Shown: positions 1-11,898 of the stretch, one piece after another
Position numbering within the stretch: position 1 is the stretch's first letter
How the letters are laid out: each line of letters begins with the position of its first letter
NCBI GenBank assembly: GCA_951406725.2
Contig: OX597819.1
Span: 107,074,001-107,138,000 of the forward strand
Origin: Octopus vulgaris
Lineage: Eukaryota
Direction: 5' to 3'
Length of the DNA stretch: 64,000 bases
Position numbers and translations under genes: made by a program
Notes under the pieces: model-generated
What the model saw: the letters and a program-made list of their open reading frames with translations, nothing else
The model's database searches: none
Told to the model about the DNA's origin: nothing

Positions 1-82
1 AATATTATTTACAAAATCGTGATCACTTTCAAATGCAGTATTGCCATAGTATCAAAGCCCCAACCCTCTAATTCATATTTTA

Positions 83-284
83 CTACGGACAATAAGAAAT
101 AAGAACATGTTCTCCCCTTCGGACGTAAACGAATTCAAACAGGAGAGTGAGAGCAACCAGAGGCATTAATGATAAAACGAAAAGCATATTTAATATAACA
201 TTGGAAAATCCGCACTCGGCAGCTAATCGGAAATAAATATTATTTCCTCACCGGAATACATGACAATACTTTTATGTGAAACAG
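83..284 (-). pseudogene. Possible decayed 7TM receptor TM6-TM7 segment (GRL101/LGR-like)
   Basis: After a TTTACAG acceptor-like site the minus strand reads LFHIKVLSCIPVRK*, then after a frameshift LAAECGFSNVILNMLFVLSLMPLVALTLLFEFVYVRR. Weak resemblance to TM6 (CWxP) and TM7 of LGR-type GPCRs. By-eye similarity only. Confidence 0.25.
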
Positions 285-370
285 CTGTAAATATACAGTC
301 TAGTATTGTTTAAGAATATAAGAAGTATAATATTTGTACCCGAATTATGAATTATAAACGCAGATAAATA

Positions 371-812
371 TTGGTTTCAAATTTTCCCACAAGGTCAGCA
401 GATTCAGAAGATGGGTAAACCGATTATATCGACGGAACTGCAAACCTGGTCCTTAGCTTGTTGACCATGAAAGATTGAAACGCAAAGTCAACCTCGGTGA
501 AATTTGATCTCAGAAGATAAAAACGGATGAACTGCAGCCAAGCAGTTTTGCCCGGCACGGCAAAGATTCTACCAGTTCGCCACCTTAGCGTGAATATATA
601 TTGATTTCAAATTTTGGCAGAAAGCCAGCAATTTCGGGGAGTGAGTAATTCGATTGCATCGACCTCATTATTCAATTGGTACTTACTTTATCGACCCCCA
701 AAAAGATAAAAGGTTAAGTCGACCTGGAAGTTGAACTCACAAGCTGAAATCGGACGAAATGTCACTCAGCATTTCTCCCGGCGTGCTAACAATTCTGTCA
801 GCCCATCTCCTT
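371..812 (-). mobile_element. Two tandem, old copies of tRNA-derived SINE family A (OK-/MetaSINE-like), ~371-586 and ~601-812
   Basis: Both align with the young copies at 37337-37566 and 39015-39246 (AAAGTCGACCTCGG, TTTGAACTCAGA B-box, CCCGGCGTGCTAAC). Confidence 0.85.
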
Positions 813-1315
813 CAACGTGATTATAATAAATGAACTTGATTAGAAAAAAACACAGACGCGACAGGATACTCAAACAGAAAGTAGAGCTTAGATGGCCAAT
901 TCTGCTTCGTTGATCATATGAACTGAAATCCAAATTTCGTCCATCAAGCCCTTTCAGATTTTAATATCTCGTGAAGGAACATAAGGATCCAAAGTGAACT
1001 GGATCATCATTAATCTAAGGTCAGAGCAGAAAGAAGGGAAGAAAAGGAATAACGTATTCATTTCAAATAATTCACCACTCATCCTTCAAGTGATCCAAGA
1101 AAACATCCTGTTATTTTTTTCCTTCAACGAAACTTGTTTCAAATAATATCAATATTTGGTAGCAATATTAAACTTTTATTTGCAGTTGGAATATCTACAC
1201 CAACGTACTGAAAATATCATTGCTTAAATATTGGCTGTAATTAATTAATTTGTGTAATTATTCTTTTCTTAATTCATTTTGTAAAGTAATTGGTTACCCC
1301 TACCAATAAATCACA

Positions 1316-1860
1316 TCAATTAACTCTCTTTCGTGATCTTATTACCAGCGCAATTACGTTATAACCTAACTTAATGAATATGCAGCTATAAATTATTATA
1401 AAATATATACATTTGCGTGTGTATTTCTGCATGCATATTTGTATACACCGGTATAAAGTAATTTGTAGAATTTGGCCGCTAATGACATTTCCGATTATTT
1501 TATATGATTGACATAAAGATGGCAGAAAAGAGACATACAAACTGAAATATCTGAAAACACATCGAACTACGACACGTCACAAACATAAGTTTTGACAATT
1601 TTTTTATTGGCCTGTAAACTTCATTGTAGATAGAGATAGTAGCGGGGGCAACTTTTGTATAATGGAGACTTCCAATTATAAAAATAGAGATTGAAGAAGA
1701 GAAATATTTAAAGAAAAGCAAGAGTAATAGAAAAATACATGAAATATGAAATGTTCTTCAGGTTATTGTAGATGCTGAAATAATATCTTCCACCAAGAAT
1801 GGACCTTCATGCTTATCAGTATATAACAGTGAAAATATCTTAAAGCCTTTATTGATACAG
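1316..1860 (-). pseudogene. Possible decayed 7TM receptor hinge-TM1-TM3 and TM5 segment (GRL101/LGR-like)
   Basis: Reads EDIISASTIT*RTFHISCIFLLLLLFFKYFSSSISIFIIGSL..ISIYNEVYR..TCRSSMCFQIFQFVCLFSAIFMSII*, then shifted frame YRCIQI..CIYFIIIYSCIFIKLGYNVIALVIRSRKRV. Alternating hydrophobic blocks in GPCR-like order, with stops and a frameshift. Confidence 0.3.
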
Positions 1861-2599
1861 CGTGTCTGTCCAAATTTATAAAGTTTTTCAGTACGATGTT
1901 TTTACTGCGAAGAAAATCACAATTAACGTAAGAGGACACATATTTTCTAATGTACTTGTGAATCCTGATTTTTCCCTACGTTCTTATCGTTTAGATTGCA
2001 TATGTATTTAGAGGAGGAAGACATAAAACACTTTTCTTAATGTCTGAATGTATGGAAATGTTGCGATAACCTTTTCCATAATGGTTTTTCCTCTTGCCCT
2101 CTGTATATGTTTTGGTTTCACTGATATCTGCATGAGAAAACTTTGCTCCATACACGAATATTTTAGAGAGACACTTTAACATAGTGTATAAAAATAGGAT
2201 TATTACAATTACATGCAGGGAGAAAACTTGTCGTCTCAACACAAGTACGATTTCTACTATTTACATTAAATATGGTGACAGCAAGATTTATGTTGCAGCT
2301 GTGACGTTCTTACAAATTACTTTATGGAACATTTATAACTATTGTCTGTAGGGAAATGCTTATATCATAGATTTAGGAACTCTTTGATAATATTAGAACG
2401 AATATTTATAATATTCCGAGGTTTTTGTAATATAGTCTTTAAATCCTTAGTTTGGCATAGATGAATATTAATATGACTTTATATATGATAAATTCTATCC
2501 TTAAAGCCAGTAAATTTTAATACGTTATTGTAAGAATTAGAAGCACGAATTAAAGATTACTTATGATCAAACAAACTCCAAATAAGCTGCGTCAAGAAG

Positions 2600-2990
2600 A
2601 TTTATGTAGTAAAATCGATAAAGACTGCAGTGAACTTACTGAGGAGTGGAAAATCAAGCGTTTAGGACAATGTCCTTCTAGAGAGAAAAGTTGAAAGGAA
2701 AGAAATATATGAAACACAGAAGAGTTCTTCATCTGTTTTGAAAAAATAACAGGCCGCAACTTATCAGGAACACAAGATCACTTGAAATTCCAACATGAAC
2801 AAGACGCAGAAGAAACAGGTAAAGTTGAGAGATAGGTGAAGGATAAGGACGAGGTGAGAGGAGAGTTCGTGAGCAAAACAAGTGTTTAATGAATAAAGAG
2901 GACTTAGGTGCAGAAGAAACGAAGCGTTTGGTTAAAAATGTCGGTGACGGGATACTAAGTTCGAAAATTAAATGCTGTTCCCTCAGCACT
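2600..2990 (-). mobile_element. Penelope-like element 3' end (C-terminus plus terminal repeat), inverted relative to the adjacent RT fragment
   Basis: VLREQHLIFELSIPSPTFLTKRF resembles the PLE C-terminal motif (RExxxIFxLxTLxPxGLN). Degenerate hammerhead-like AGGACATTGTCCTAAACGCT at ~2657-2680. Confidence 0.55.
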
Positions 2991-2994
2991 TATA

Positions 2995-4209
2995 CATATA
3001 TCTGACTACAGACTGCTTTTCGTTTGCGATTGAGGACTACAAGTAGGTATCTCGGATCTCTATAGGAGCACAAATGGGCTTTTATTTTGCCAACTTATTT
3101 ATCGATTAAGTTGTGGTTTAAATGTTCCGGACTGACCACAGAGTTCGGTACATAGACGACTGTGTCGGCGCATCCATGCGTTTCTGAGAATAGTTTTATT
3201 TCATCTCCTCAGTTTCTTCCCTACATTACTCCCTTGAGTTTCTTTCTGTCATCTCCGGTACCTCTGTCGAAATTTTAGATATATTTTTCTGTATAGAGCC
3301 TCACGATCACTCTCTCACCATTTCTGCTTTCTTTAAACTCAGCGACTCCCCACCCTCCCTCTAGTTTCGTCCTCCACACGGAAACGCTATCTTTTACACC
3401 TGAATCCCACATCACTAGTTTCTGTACCACCAAATCATAGATTTTGAGACTAGGTCTCAATACTTGGCTCATATCCTAACTCGGCTGTACCGGTTTCCTC
3501 CAAATGGACAGACCTTTTACGTTCTTTTTCCTCCATTATAACCTACTTCTTCGCCGGGATATGCTATGGACCTGCCAATTTTTCCTGTCCGATCCCACTA
3601 CCCTATCCTTGGTCTCCATTTCACCACTACCGCCCTTTCAATTGCGCTCGAAATCTATCAAACTTACTGGTCTATCGTTCATTTCCCTCCATCATTTCAG
3701 CCGATCCCGGATTTTTCCTGTGCTCTAGACATCGTTGTCACACCTGTCCATTCATCACTAAAATAACCTCCAATTCACGACTCAATCACCGCATTGCACA
3801 CATCCGTAGATCTTTCTACCAAAGTCATCTATGACTTAAAATTCATTTAAGTATACATTTGACACCTCAAATATAAGATCCCTTCCTTGAGAACGAAGGC
3901 TTGTCTCATCCTACGATGGAATCACGCTGCAAACATTATTTTGGATCAACGAGAACCGAGAAACAGCTGTTGGATTTGTAATATTTTTCTTCAACACCTT
4001 TAGTTCTCTAAATCATTTGTGTTCTGTGTAAGTCGTACCTTTTGTATGTAAACATATAAACATTATGTGAAATTCATTTACGTAATATACTTTATATATT
4101 GATCTGTTTAACATTCATATCCTTACCTTTACTTTAATACCCGCTCAAGTCTAAATCTTTTGAGTACTACTAATTGTATACTGTGTAGAGAATATGTGAT
4201 TCTCATCTA

Positions 4210-4212
<3 letters not shown>
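2995..4212 (+). mobile_element. Penelope-like element: degenerate RT fragment plus terminal repeat
   Basis: IGAQMGFYFANLF (RT motif 4), YIDDCVGAS (catalytic motif), SVEILDI..FKLSDSH (motif 7, FLD..KPTDSH-like). The 3' part (3870-4110) is homologous to 8915-9160 and ends at a (TA)n tract. Confidence 0.75.
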
Positions 4213-4260
<48 letters not shown>

Positions 4261-4264
<4 letters not shown>

Positions 4265-4520
4265 GATAAATATGGTACTTAAAGTTAAAGGCACCAGAAT
4301 TTTGTATGGTATTATCCATATAAATCAAAAGGGGTGATTATAATCAAAATAAGCAACAAGGATTTCCAAGGTGGTGTAGTACAATTGTTTCATGCTACCT
4401 CATTCTATTAAACACTGTAAGTATTATATCAGTTTTAAAATGTCGTGCAATCTTCAGTCACATATAGAATTTTTCAATCAAACGGACAATGCACATTCTT
4501 ATATTTTTTCTGTATAAGAA
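4261..4520 (-). mobile_element. PLE terminal-repeat-like unit with hammerhead core
   Basis: Minus strand CTGAAGA (4457-4451) ... GAAA-CAATTG-TA (4391-4380); abuts (TA)n at 4213-4260. Confidence 0.5.
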
Positions 4521-4900
4521 TGTGAGTCTATTATTTCTGAAGATATTCCTCATAAGATTTGCTAACTTGTTTTCGTTCATACATAGTCTGCTATCTTGGT
4601 TCCGTGTTCTCCATATTTGATGAGAGTGTGCAGTGTGTTTCGCTTCAGATGAGCTGCTTAATTCATAGTAATATGCGTATATTACTTCTGTATACTCTTC
4701 TCGTGTCCATTCGATCCTCTTACATTTTTCTTTCTGTGGTGGGTATGGTGATGGACTTGGAGGGCTTAAGTTGGGGCAGTTCCCGTTCAAGTGACCATCC
4801 AGGTTCGTATTCAAAGAATAGTTTGTGCCAGTAGATCACTTTTCTATCCCTGAGGGACGCGCTTCCAGATTAACCATAGGACCAGGGATTTTGTGTATTG
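4520..4900 (-). mobile_element. R4/Dong-clade LINE N-terminal ORF fragment
   Basis: KRIEWTREEYTEVIYAYY..WRTRN..MNENKLANLMRNIFRNNRLT matches the Myb-like N-terminal region typical of R4/Dong ORFs. Confidence 0.7.
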
Positions 4901-5087
4901 TTGTAGCTTTCCTTTGTGTTTCGTTAAACATATTTGTGCTACATTAAAATTATTAGTATCGAGCCATTGGCGATTGTTGTCTCTGCCACCGTTGTCAACT
5001 CCGCCATTAATATCATTACAGTTAGTTTAATCTTGCTATTACAGCATTGCGCATGGTTAGTTACCACGAATAGTGCCTTGACCTGCA

Positions 5088-5340
5088 TACACTGGTGAAA
5101 ATAAATTTAAGACCGATTATAGAAGTTCTATTTCTTACAAAATATTTTGTTACTAACACCATACAAATTTTATTTATCTTTTACACCTTATGCAGGATTT
5201 ATTTCTCTTTCGAACGATGCAGATAATAACTATTTTTATACGACTTGAAGAATTCTAGTGCTAAATTGATATAAACGTTTCAAATTTACAGGGAAAATTA
5301 GAACTTTTATCATCGGTCTTAAATTTATTTTCGCCAGTGT
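5088..5340. mobile_element. Tc1/mariner-type MITE
   Basis: TIRs CACTGGTGAAAATAAATTTAAGACCGAT / ATCGGTCTTAAATTTATTTTCGCCAGTG, TA on the left, no coding capacity. Confidence 0.85.
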
Positions 5341-5754
5341 TGTTGTGGCTAACCTTTGTAGCCATGGTAACAGTATAATCATTATTTATTTAAATCTCCC
5401 ACCTTTGCTACAACTATTGTGTGGTATTATTAAATGTTGTTTTATTTCAACTTTTGTACTTCAGATAATCACAAATATGTGAGGGTTGAAGGGAATAGTA
5501 GGAGGAAAAGAAGCAGCTTGGTAAATAGACCACATTCCACAGGTCTGTAAATACGGTAGATGGTGAGATCAGCAATGGGCATTCATGTGTGATAATGAGA
5601 CAAAAGGGGCCTCACACTGTAGGGTCAGCAGAGATCAAATGTGTTTACTACTATTAACGATCAATGAGGTCGCTGACCTTCGGCTTGAATAGAACCAATT
5701 TACATTGTTCTACTTTTTAATTACTAATAGCAACAATAATAATACTGATGTTCA

Positions 5755-6311
5755 CATCGTTGAACATCCATTGAACTTTTTGCAGCAATTATTGACTTGA
5801 CAGAGCAAACATGTGGCACGGACATAACCCCGAAGGCATCATCGAAAATGATAATGCAAAGATTCAATGAGATTTTATGATTCAGTACGACCATGAGATA
5901 GAGAATTGGAAACCAGGCATCGTGTTAAATGAGAAAGAAAGCAAACGATGCTGGATCATAAATATAGCATGCTCCGCTGACAACAAGGCATGCTATTTTC
6001 ACCTGTGGATCGAGCCTCCTTTATGCCATTATTTGTGGAAATTCTATTATTCATTACTCTCATGAATAGGTAGGTGTCACAATTACCACTAATTTTATCG
6101 CGACATCATAAAAAAGAAATTGTACGTTGACGTTGAATGTCTTCTACTATAATTTACAACCAGGAATCAAACTTTATAATGTGCGGTAAGAGAACCTGTG
6201 AGACCTCTGACATCAGGCTGCTGTCCGCTCTCACAGAATCTACCAGAGGAAAAAAAGATCGACCGCTCTGAGAAGTAAAACAATAGTGATAATAACACCA
6301 CCGCCAACAAC

Positions 6312-6352
<41 letters not shown>

Positions 6353-6370
6353 AATAATAATAATAACATA
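5755..6370 (+). mobile_element. R4/Dong LINE 3' fragments (RLE endonuclease region and 3' end with (CAA)n(TAA)n tail)
   Basis: WHGHNPEGIIENDNAKIQ*DFMIQYDHEIENWKPGIVL..CWIINIAC corresponds to the ILWD..PD..ID endonuclease region; simple-repeat tail at 6306-6372. Confidence 0.7.
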
Positions 6371-6494
6371 ATGGTTCTGAGTAAATTCGATAGTTTGCAT
6401 AAAAGGTAAAGACAACACAATATCCCATTCAAACAAAGGTATTTTTTAAAAATGAAAAAAAGTGCCAAACTAGATGATGGTCGTTATAGAACAT

Positions 6495-6910
6495 TTACTC
6501 GAAGTAGCTGCTTCAGTTTCCACTACAGACTTAAGCTGGTTTCGGAATCTGGTGCATGCGTTCCCTATTGTGTTCGTGGGAAGATATGCAAGCATTTCCT
6601 TGATCTTGGCTACCAGCTCTCCTTTGGTGTTGCAAGCTCAGTAGTTAGTGTCTTTCTCAACAGTGCCCCACACATAGTAATCCATGGGATTACAATCGGA
6701 AGAAATCGGAAGACAGAAATTGTTGCGGGTGAAGAAGTAGAAATTCTGTGGCAACCAGTTTTGACTCTTTTCATAGGTATTACAAAGAGCCGCATTTTAC
6801 TGCCATACATATAGCCTTCCAGGGACTGATCAGTCTCAAGCAGCTTAACTAAACCCAACGCTGTGTTCAAAGACATGGGATTTAAGCCCGGAAAGTGGAT
6901 GCAGTCAGAT
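6495..6910 (-). mobile_element. IS630-Tc1-mariner (maT/DD37D-like) transposase C-terminal fragment
   Basis: Frameshifted YVWQQ..SQNWL..NF..SDCNPMDYYVWGTVEKDTN; same family as 55750-56602. Confidence 0.75.
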
Positions 6911-7104
6911 CGCAAACACATGCATATAAGTATTTCTTATAAGGAGTATGGCTCTTCTTAGAAGATGTACTGTGACAATAAAAACTTGCTCTCTCGTATA
7001 TAATTAATAAGATGTTTCTCGTAATATTCGATCTATTCAAATTTAAGTCGAAGAGACAAGAATAACATGTTTGCTAACGCTTTTTGACTTCTCAATAATA
7101 TAAA

Positions 7105-7308
7105 TGTAACAGAATCGTTAGCCTATTGGACGGAATGCTTAGCAAAATTTCTTTCGACTTCATCTTCTGAGTTCAAACTCTACTGCGGTCGACTTTGCCT
7201 TTCGTTCTTTCGAGACCGTGAAAATAAGTACCAGTTGAGCAGTGAGGTTGACGTAATCGACTAGCGCCCTCATTCTGTTTCGGGCTTCTACCTATAGTAA
7301 AACAATTC
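7105..7308 (+). mobile_element. SINE family A, old copy
   Basis: AGAATCGTTAGC..GAGTTCAAA..GTCGACTTTGCCTTTC..AAATAAGTACCAG. Confidence 0.8.
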
Positions 7309-8519
7309 ATATAAAAATTGGGGATTATATATATTTTGGATGATGAGTGGGAGACCTGGTGATTATCAGTTTGAGAATGAATCACTTCTAAATTTCTTCA
7401 TCTATTGACGAAAACATGTGTCAACGATAAAAGATCTCCTTTGGCATTTATATGCTATCGGGCTTTATGATGTACAAGATCCAACGACGATCTACCTTCC
7501 GTTGAATACAGACAAAGTATTATGATCGATATAATCGACTAAAGTTTCTGATGCTGTTACCCAAAGCAAGCCAACACTTCGATACTGAAAAGAGTAAAAT
7601 AATAAAACATGAGATTAAGAATTACTATTATACTGAAAACATTTTTTCTTCATGCATCTAGAATGAAAAATTTCAGATAACACTTATATATATAATATAT
7701 ATATATAGTTTTTGGTCATATCATTTGAGGTAATTTTTAGGTAAGCCAATTACTATTTTCCTTTATGACCTCACGTTCTACATGAAGAGGTACCATTTGG
7801 TTTAAATGTTTATAGACAATCAATAGCACATCATGTACATGGTAAACACGCGTTGCCAGAAAATAATATCGTATGTGTACACTATAATTTCCTGGTGATA
7901 TACTTCTATATTTCCATTATATATATTGCAGAGCCACATAGGTGTCAGGCGCGCCAGTACACTTACAAAAATGTAGACACAGACAGACACATTTATACCT
8001 CATAGAGATACCACTCTCACATATTCCCACAAAAACGCACATTCATACACACACATACATCTATACATTATGGTATATAAATACATACATTTCTGTAGTA
8101 TACAGTAATAAATATTACATATACGTTCATAATGTACATACGTATACGTATACATAGAGAAAGGAAGAGAGAGAGAGAGACAGACAGAAAGATAAATAGA
8201 TATATATTTAAAGATAAATAGATAGACAGATAGAAAGATAGAAAGATAGGTAGATAGATAGAGAGATAGATAAATAGATAGATAGATATACACATACACA
8301 CCAAGCAAATTTTCAGTTTATGTATAATATGCACGTAATAGTCTATTACTTGTTTCAGTTTTAGAATAGCGATTATACAAGGTGAGGGCAACTCAATCTC
8401 ACTGTGTTCTACTTTCGTCTACCATTTTGTCTTGTATATAATTCTGGGCTGAACATAACCTTGGAAATGGATTTGCGAGACTGAAAATGTGTAGGCGCCC
8501 ACAGTATACTTGTGTATAC

Positions 8520-8574
8520 ACATGCATGCATACATGCACACATATATACATACATGCATAATAACATATATGTA

Positions 8575-8639
<65 letters not shown>

Positions 8640-8761
8640 GAAATTTATAGAAAAACAAAAGACGAAGACCGGTATATGAGCAACAAGCAAGTGTAATAGT
8701 TTGATGCTCGGGGAAAATGAAAAAGTCTTTTACATTATATATATATATATATATATAATAA

Positions 8762-8794
<33 letters not shown>

Positions 8795-8890
8795 CATATA
8801 TGCATATATATATATACACTTGCATACATATATATATACACATATATGCATATATGTATGTATATGTATAAGTATATATGTATGTATATA
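8520..8890. repeat. (TA)n/(TATG)n microsatellite block containing a truncated PLE-terminal-like unit (8637-8735, minus)
   Basis: Visible dinucleotide arrays; the insert resembles 9225-9310 and 63855-63960. Confidence 0.7.
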
Positions 8891-8914
8891 GAAGTACGTG
8901 TAGTGCAAGCAAGC

Positions 8915-9160
8915 TAGACGCACCACTATATAAAGTATATTAAATTCATGAAGTGCACACTGTGTATATATGTATACATATAATAAGGATCGACTTACAC
9001 TAAATAGAAACAATAGAGTGAGTTAAATCGGATTAGGAACAGTGTCACAAATCCAACAGCTGTTTCTGTGGTCTCGGTGGTCCATAGTAATGTTCGTAGA
9101 TGGATTCCATCATAGGATGAGACAATCTTTCATCTTCAGGTAAGAAATTTTATAGCTACG
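8915..9160 (-). mobile_element. Solo PLE terminal-repeat-like unit
   Basis: Reverse-complement homology to 3870-4110 (TTGTCTCATCCTAYGATGGAATC, GAAACAGCTGTTGGATTTG, GTGTAAGTCG, AATATACTTTATATA). Confidence 0.7.
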
Positions 9161-9189
9161 ATATCTCTTCCTTCTTACAACATTTGCCT

Positions 9190-9312
9190 TTTTTTGCGAC
9201 GAAGAGCTATGCTTGAAACGTCAAACTCACTTTTTCCACTGAGCGTCAAGCTTCTACATTTCTTGTGCACGTGCTCTCGTCTATTAATTTTACTCATGTA
9301 TTTGAATTGTTT
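9190..9312 (+). mobile_element. Short PLE-terminal-like repeat with a degenerate minimal hammerhead
   Basis: TTTT-GCGACGA-AGAGCTATGCTT-GAAA-CG-TC-AAAC; the downstream part recurs at 21272-21360. Confidence 0.6.
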
Positions 9313-9459
9313 GTGTGTGTGTATGTGTGTGTGTGCGTGTGTGTGGGTGCGTGTGTGTGTATGTGTGCGTATCTTTGTGTCTGTGATTTCCTCCACCACC
9401 GCTTGGCAAACGATGTTGGTTTGTTTACGTCTGCATTATGTCGGCAAAAAATAGATAAT

Positions 9460-9500
<41 letters not shown>

Positions 9501-11138
9501 TAGTCACAATATATGGAATGAAGTAATCCGCTAGCACTCATAGAAAATGCTCCTTAATGTTTGTGTCACTCTACAAAACATAGAATATACAGTGTGATAT
9601 AATAGAAAACGATAAGAAGTTTATAAAATTAGAAATAACAGAGAAATAGTTTCATGAAATTTTATTTAAGAATTAGGCATTTTCTTATCTGTCCATATAA
9701 ATTGTTAAATGAAATTTCTACAACCTATTTCTCTGTCATGTATGAATTTATGCACTCCTTATCGTTTTCTCTTTTATACATACATACATACATACATATA
9801 TACATATATAATTATATACTTTCCCATATCTACAAACACATATGCACGTGCGCGTGTTTGTGTGGGGTGGGGTATGAGAGAGAGAGAGTGCGCGCACACA
9901 TGTATCTCTCTATGTAGATGTATGAGCAAATGCCGGTCCGTCTCTATTAATACTGAAATCATGCAACTAGTGATAAGAAAATACTTCGTGTGTAATGTAT
10001 TTTTGAAAGAACTCAAGCGAAATAGTCAAGAAAATATAATTTATCCTTGATTATAGATGCTTGATAATATTGAGTACTGCAGTTTGTTTACCATTGAAGC
10101 TCAAAATATTTAGATTCATCTTCCATACGTAAATTTCAATTTGAATCTATTTTAGATCGCATCTGCTTCTATTTAAATAACAAATACTTTTTCATTCTTT
10201 CTCCATTCTTGCACTTCTTTCCATTGTACCTCCACTAGTACACAAGCGACTTCCATCCCCGTTACCGAAAAAAAGACACAGGACTTTCTATGTACATTTG
10301 GAAAGAGAAGAACAAAGTAGACGCTATCAGTATGAAGAGACTGATCGATTCTTGTCACTTCTTCCAAATAGAGAAGCTCTACATCTACCGTAGTACTTCA
10401 ATCTAAAATTCTTCCTTAATCATATCAAAGGTGTTCATTTCTCATTTATACCGGAATGATACATAACTAACAGAAAACTATAAAACTTTTCATAAAATGA
10501 TTTTAATCCTTCACACTATTCTGCCATCTTAATATAAAGTAAAAGTTATACATTTATATATAAAATAATCCTAAATTATTCACATATCTCTGCCAACTTT
10601 ATGTTTACATCGCTTACACTGCCTCATCCCGAGGCATCATATTTATTTTCAACCAGCTGACATTTATGATCGATCGAGAAATTAAAGTGTGGCTGGGAAG
10701 AGTATTCACAGTTTTCATATAAATATTAATGACCAAACTCATACACATACACACAGGCGCACACAAACACGTACGCATTCATACTTAAAGACACACGCAC
10801 AAAAACAAGCATGCACACATAGATACACATCCACACTCACTTACACACATACACACATACATATATTTGTGGAGATCTTTTTTTACGAAAATATATCTAA
10901 TATTGTCCTATAATGATATCTCTCGAGTAGACAGTATACAAGACATTTGAGGAACACTTTATCTCCATCTTCACAACTTGTAAAAGTTTTCTGAGGTACC
11001 CGTTGCAACTGGACATATAATGGGATTATGGAGACAAAATTGAAGTCTTACATGACTGAATCATGCATCTCACTCAAAAGCCAGAAGGAAAAGTTTGAAA
11101 TAAGTCGGTAAATATGTGTGTGATTGTATGGAGTTTGC

Positions 11139-11169
<31 letters not shown>

Positions 11170-11172
11170 CCT

Positions 11173-11212
<40 letters not shown>

Positions 11213-11340
11213 CGTGTTTGTGTGTGTTTGTGTGTGCCGGGTACATTATAAGGCCATGTTTTATGAAAACCTACTGAATAGATACTGGATTAAACAAGAA
11301 AAAAATGTTCCTACAATTCATTAGTAGGTAATAATTATAT

Positions 11341-11757
11341 TTTTAACTGTTGCAGCGATTAGTCTGCAGTCATGTTAGTACTATGTTTTAAAGCCTGGCA
11401 ATTTTTGGCCGAACTGCTAAGTTACTGAGACGTAAACACAACAAAACCGGTTATTAAGTGGGGGAGCGATGGTGAGTGACAAACGCAGACGCAAAAATAT
11501 ACAAACACATGCACATGTATATATATATATATGTGTGTGCGTGTATGCGTGTATGTATGTATGTATACATACATACATACATACATACATACATACATAA
11601 GACAAGATTATTTCGGTTTCCGTCTACAAAAAACCTCGCACAAAGCATTCGTCGGCCCGTAGCTATAGAAGACTCTTGCCCAAAGTGTTATGCAGTGAGA
11701 TTGAACTTGGAACCATGTGACGTGAAAGAAGGAATCTTCTAACCACACAACCACTCT
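11341..11757 (-). mobile_element. tRNA-derived SINE family B (OR1-/CORE-like) with internal (TATG)n
   Basis: Minus-strand head GTGGTTGTGTGGTTAGAAG..GGTTCCAAGTTCAATC, then TTGGGCAAGAGTCTTCTA (CORE-like); homologous to 49020-49188 and 52200-52577. Confidence 0.8.
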
Positions 11758-11831
11758 TATTTATTTACTTATTCATTTTTGTTTTGTAATCGGAATGAAC
11801 TCAATTATTATTGTTGTTGTTGTTGTTGTTA

Positions 11832-11896
<65 letters not shown>

Positions 11897-11898
<2 letters not shown>

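Noticed and set aside
10090-10400. Possible Helitron Rep fragment on the minus strand
   Set aside because: Resemblance too weak to support without a search.
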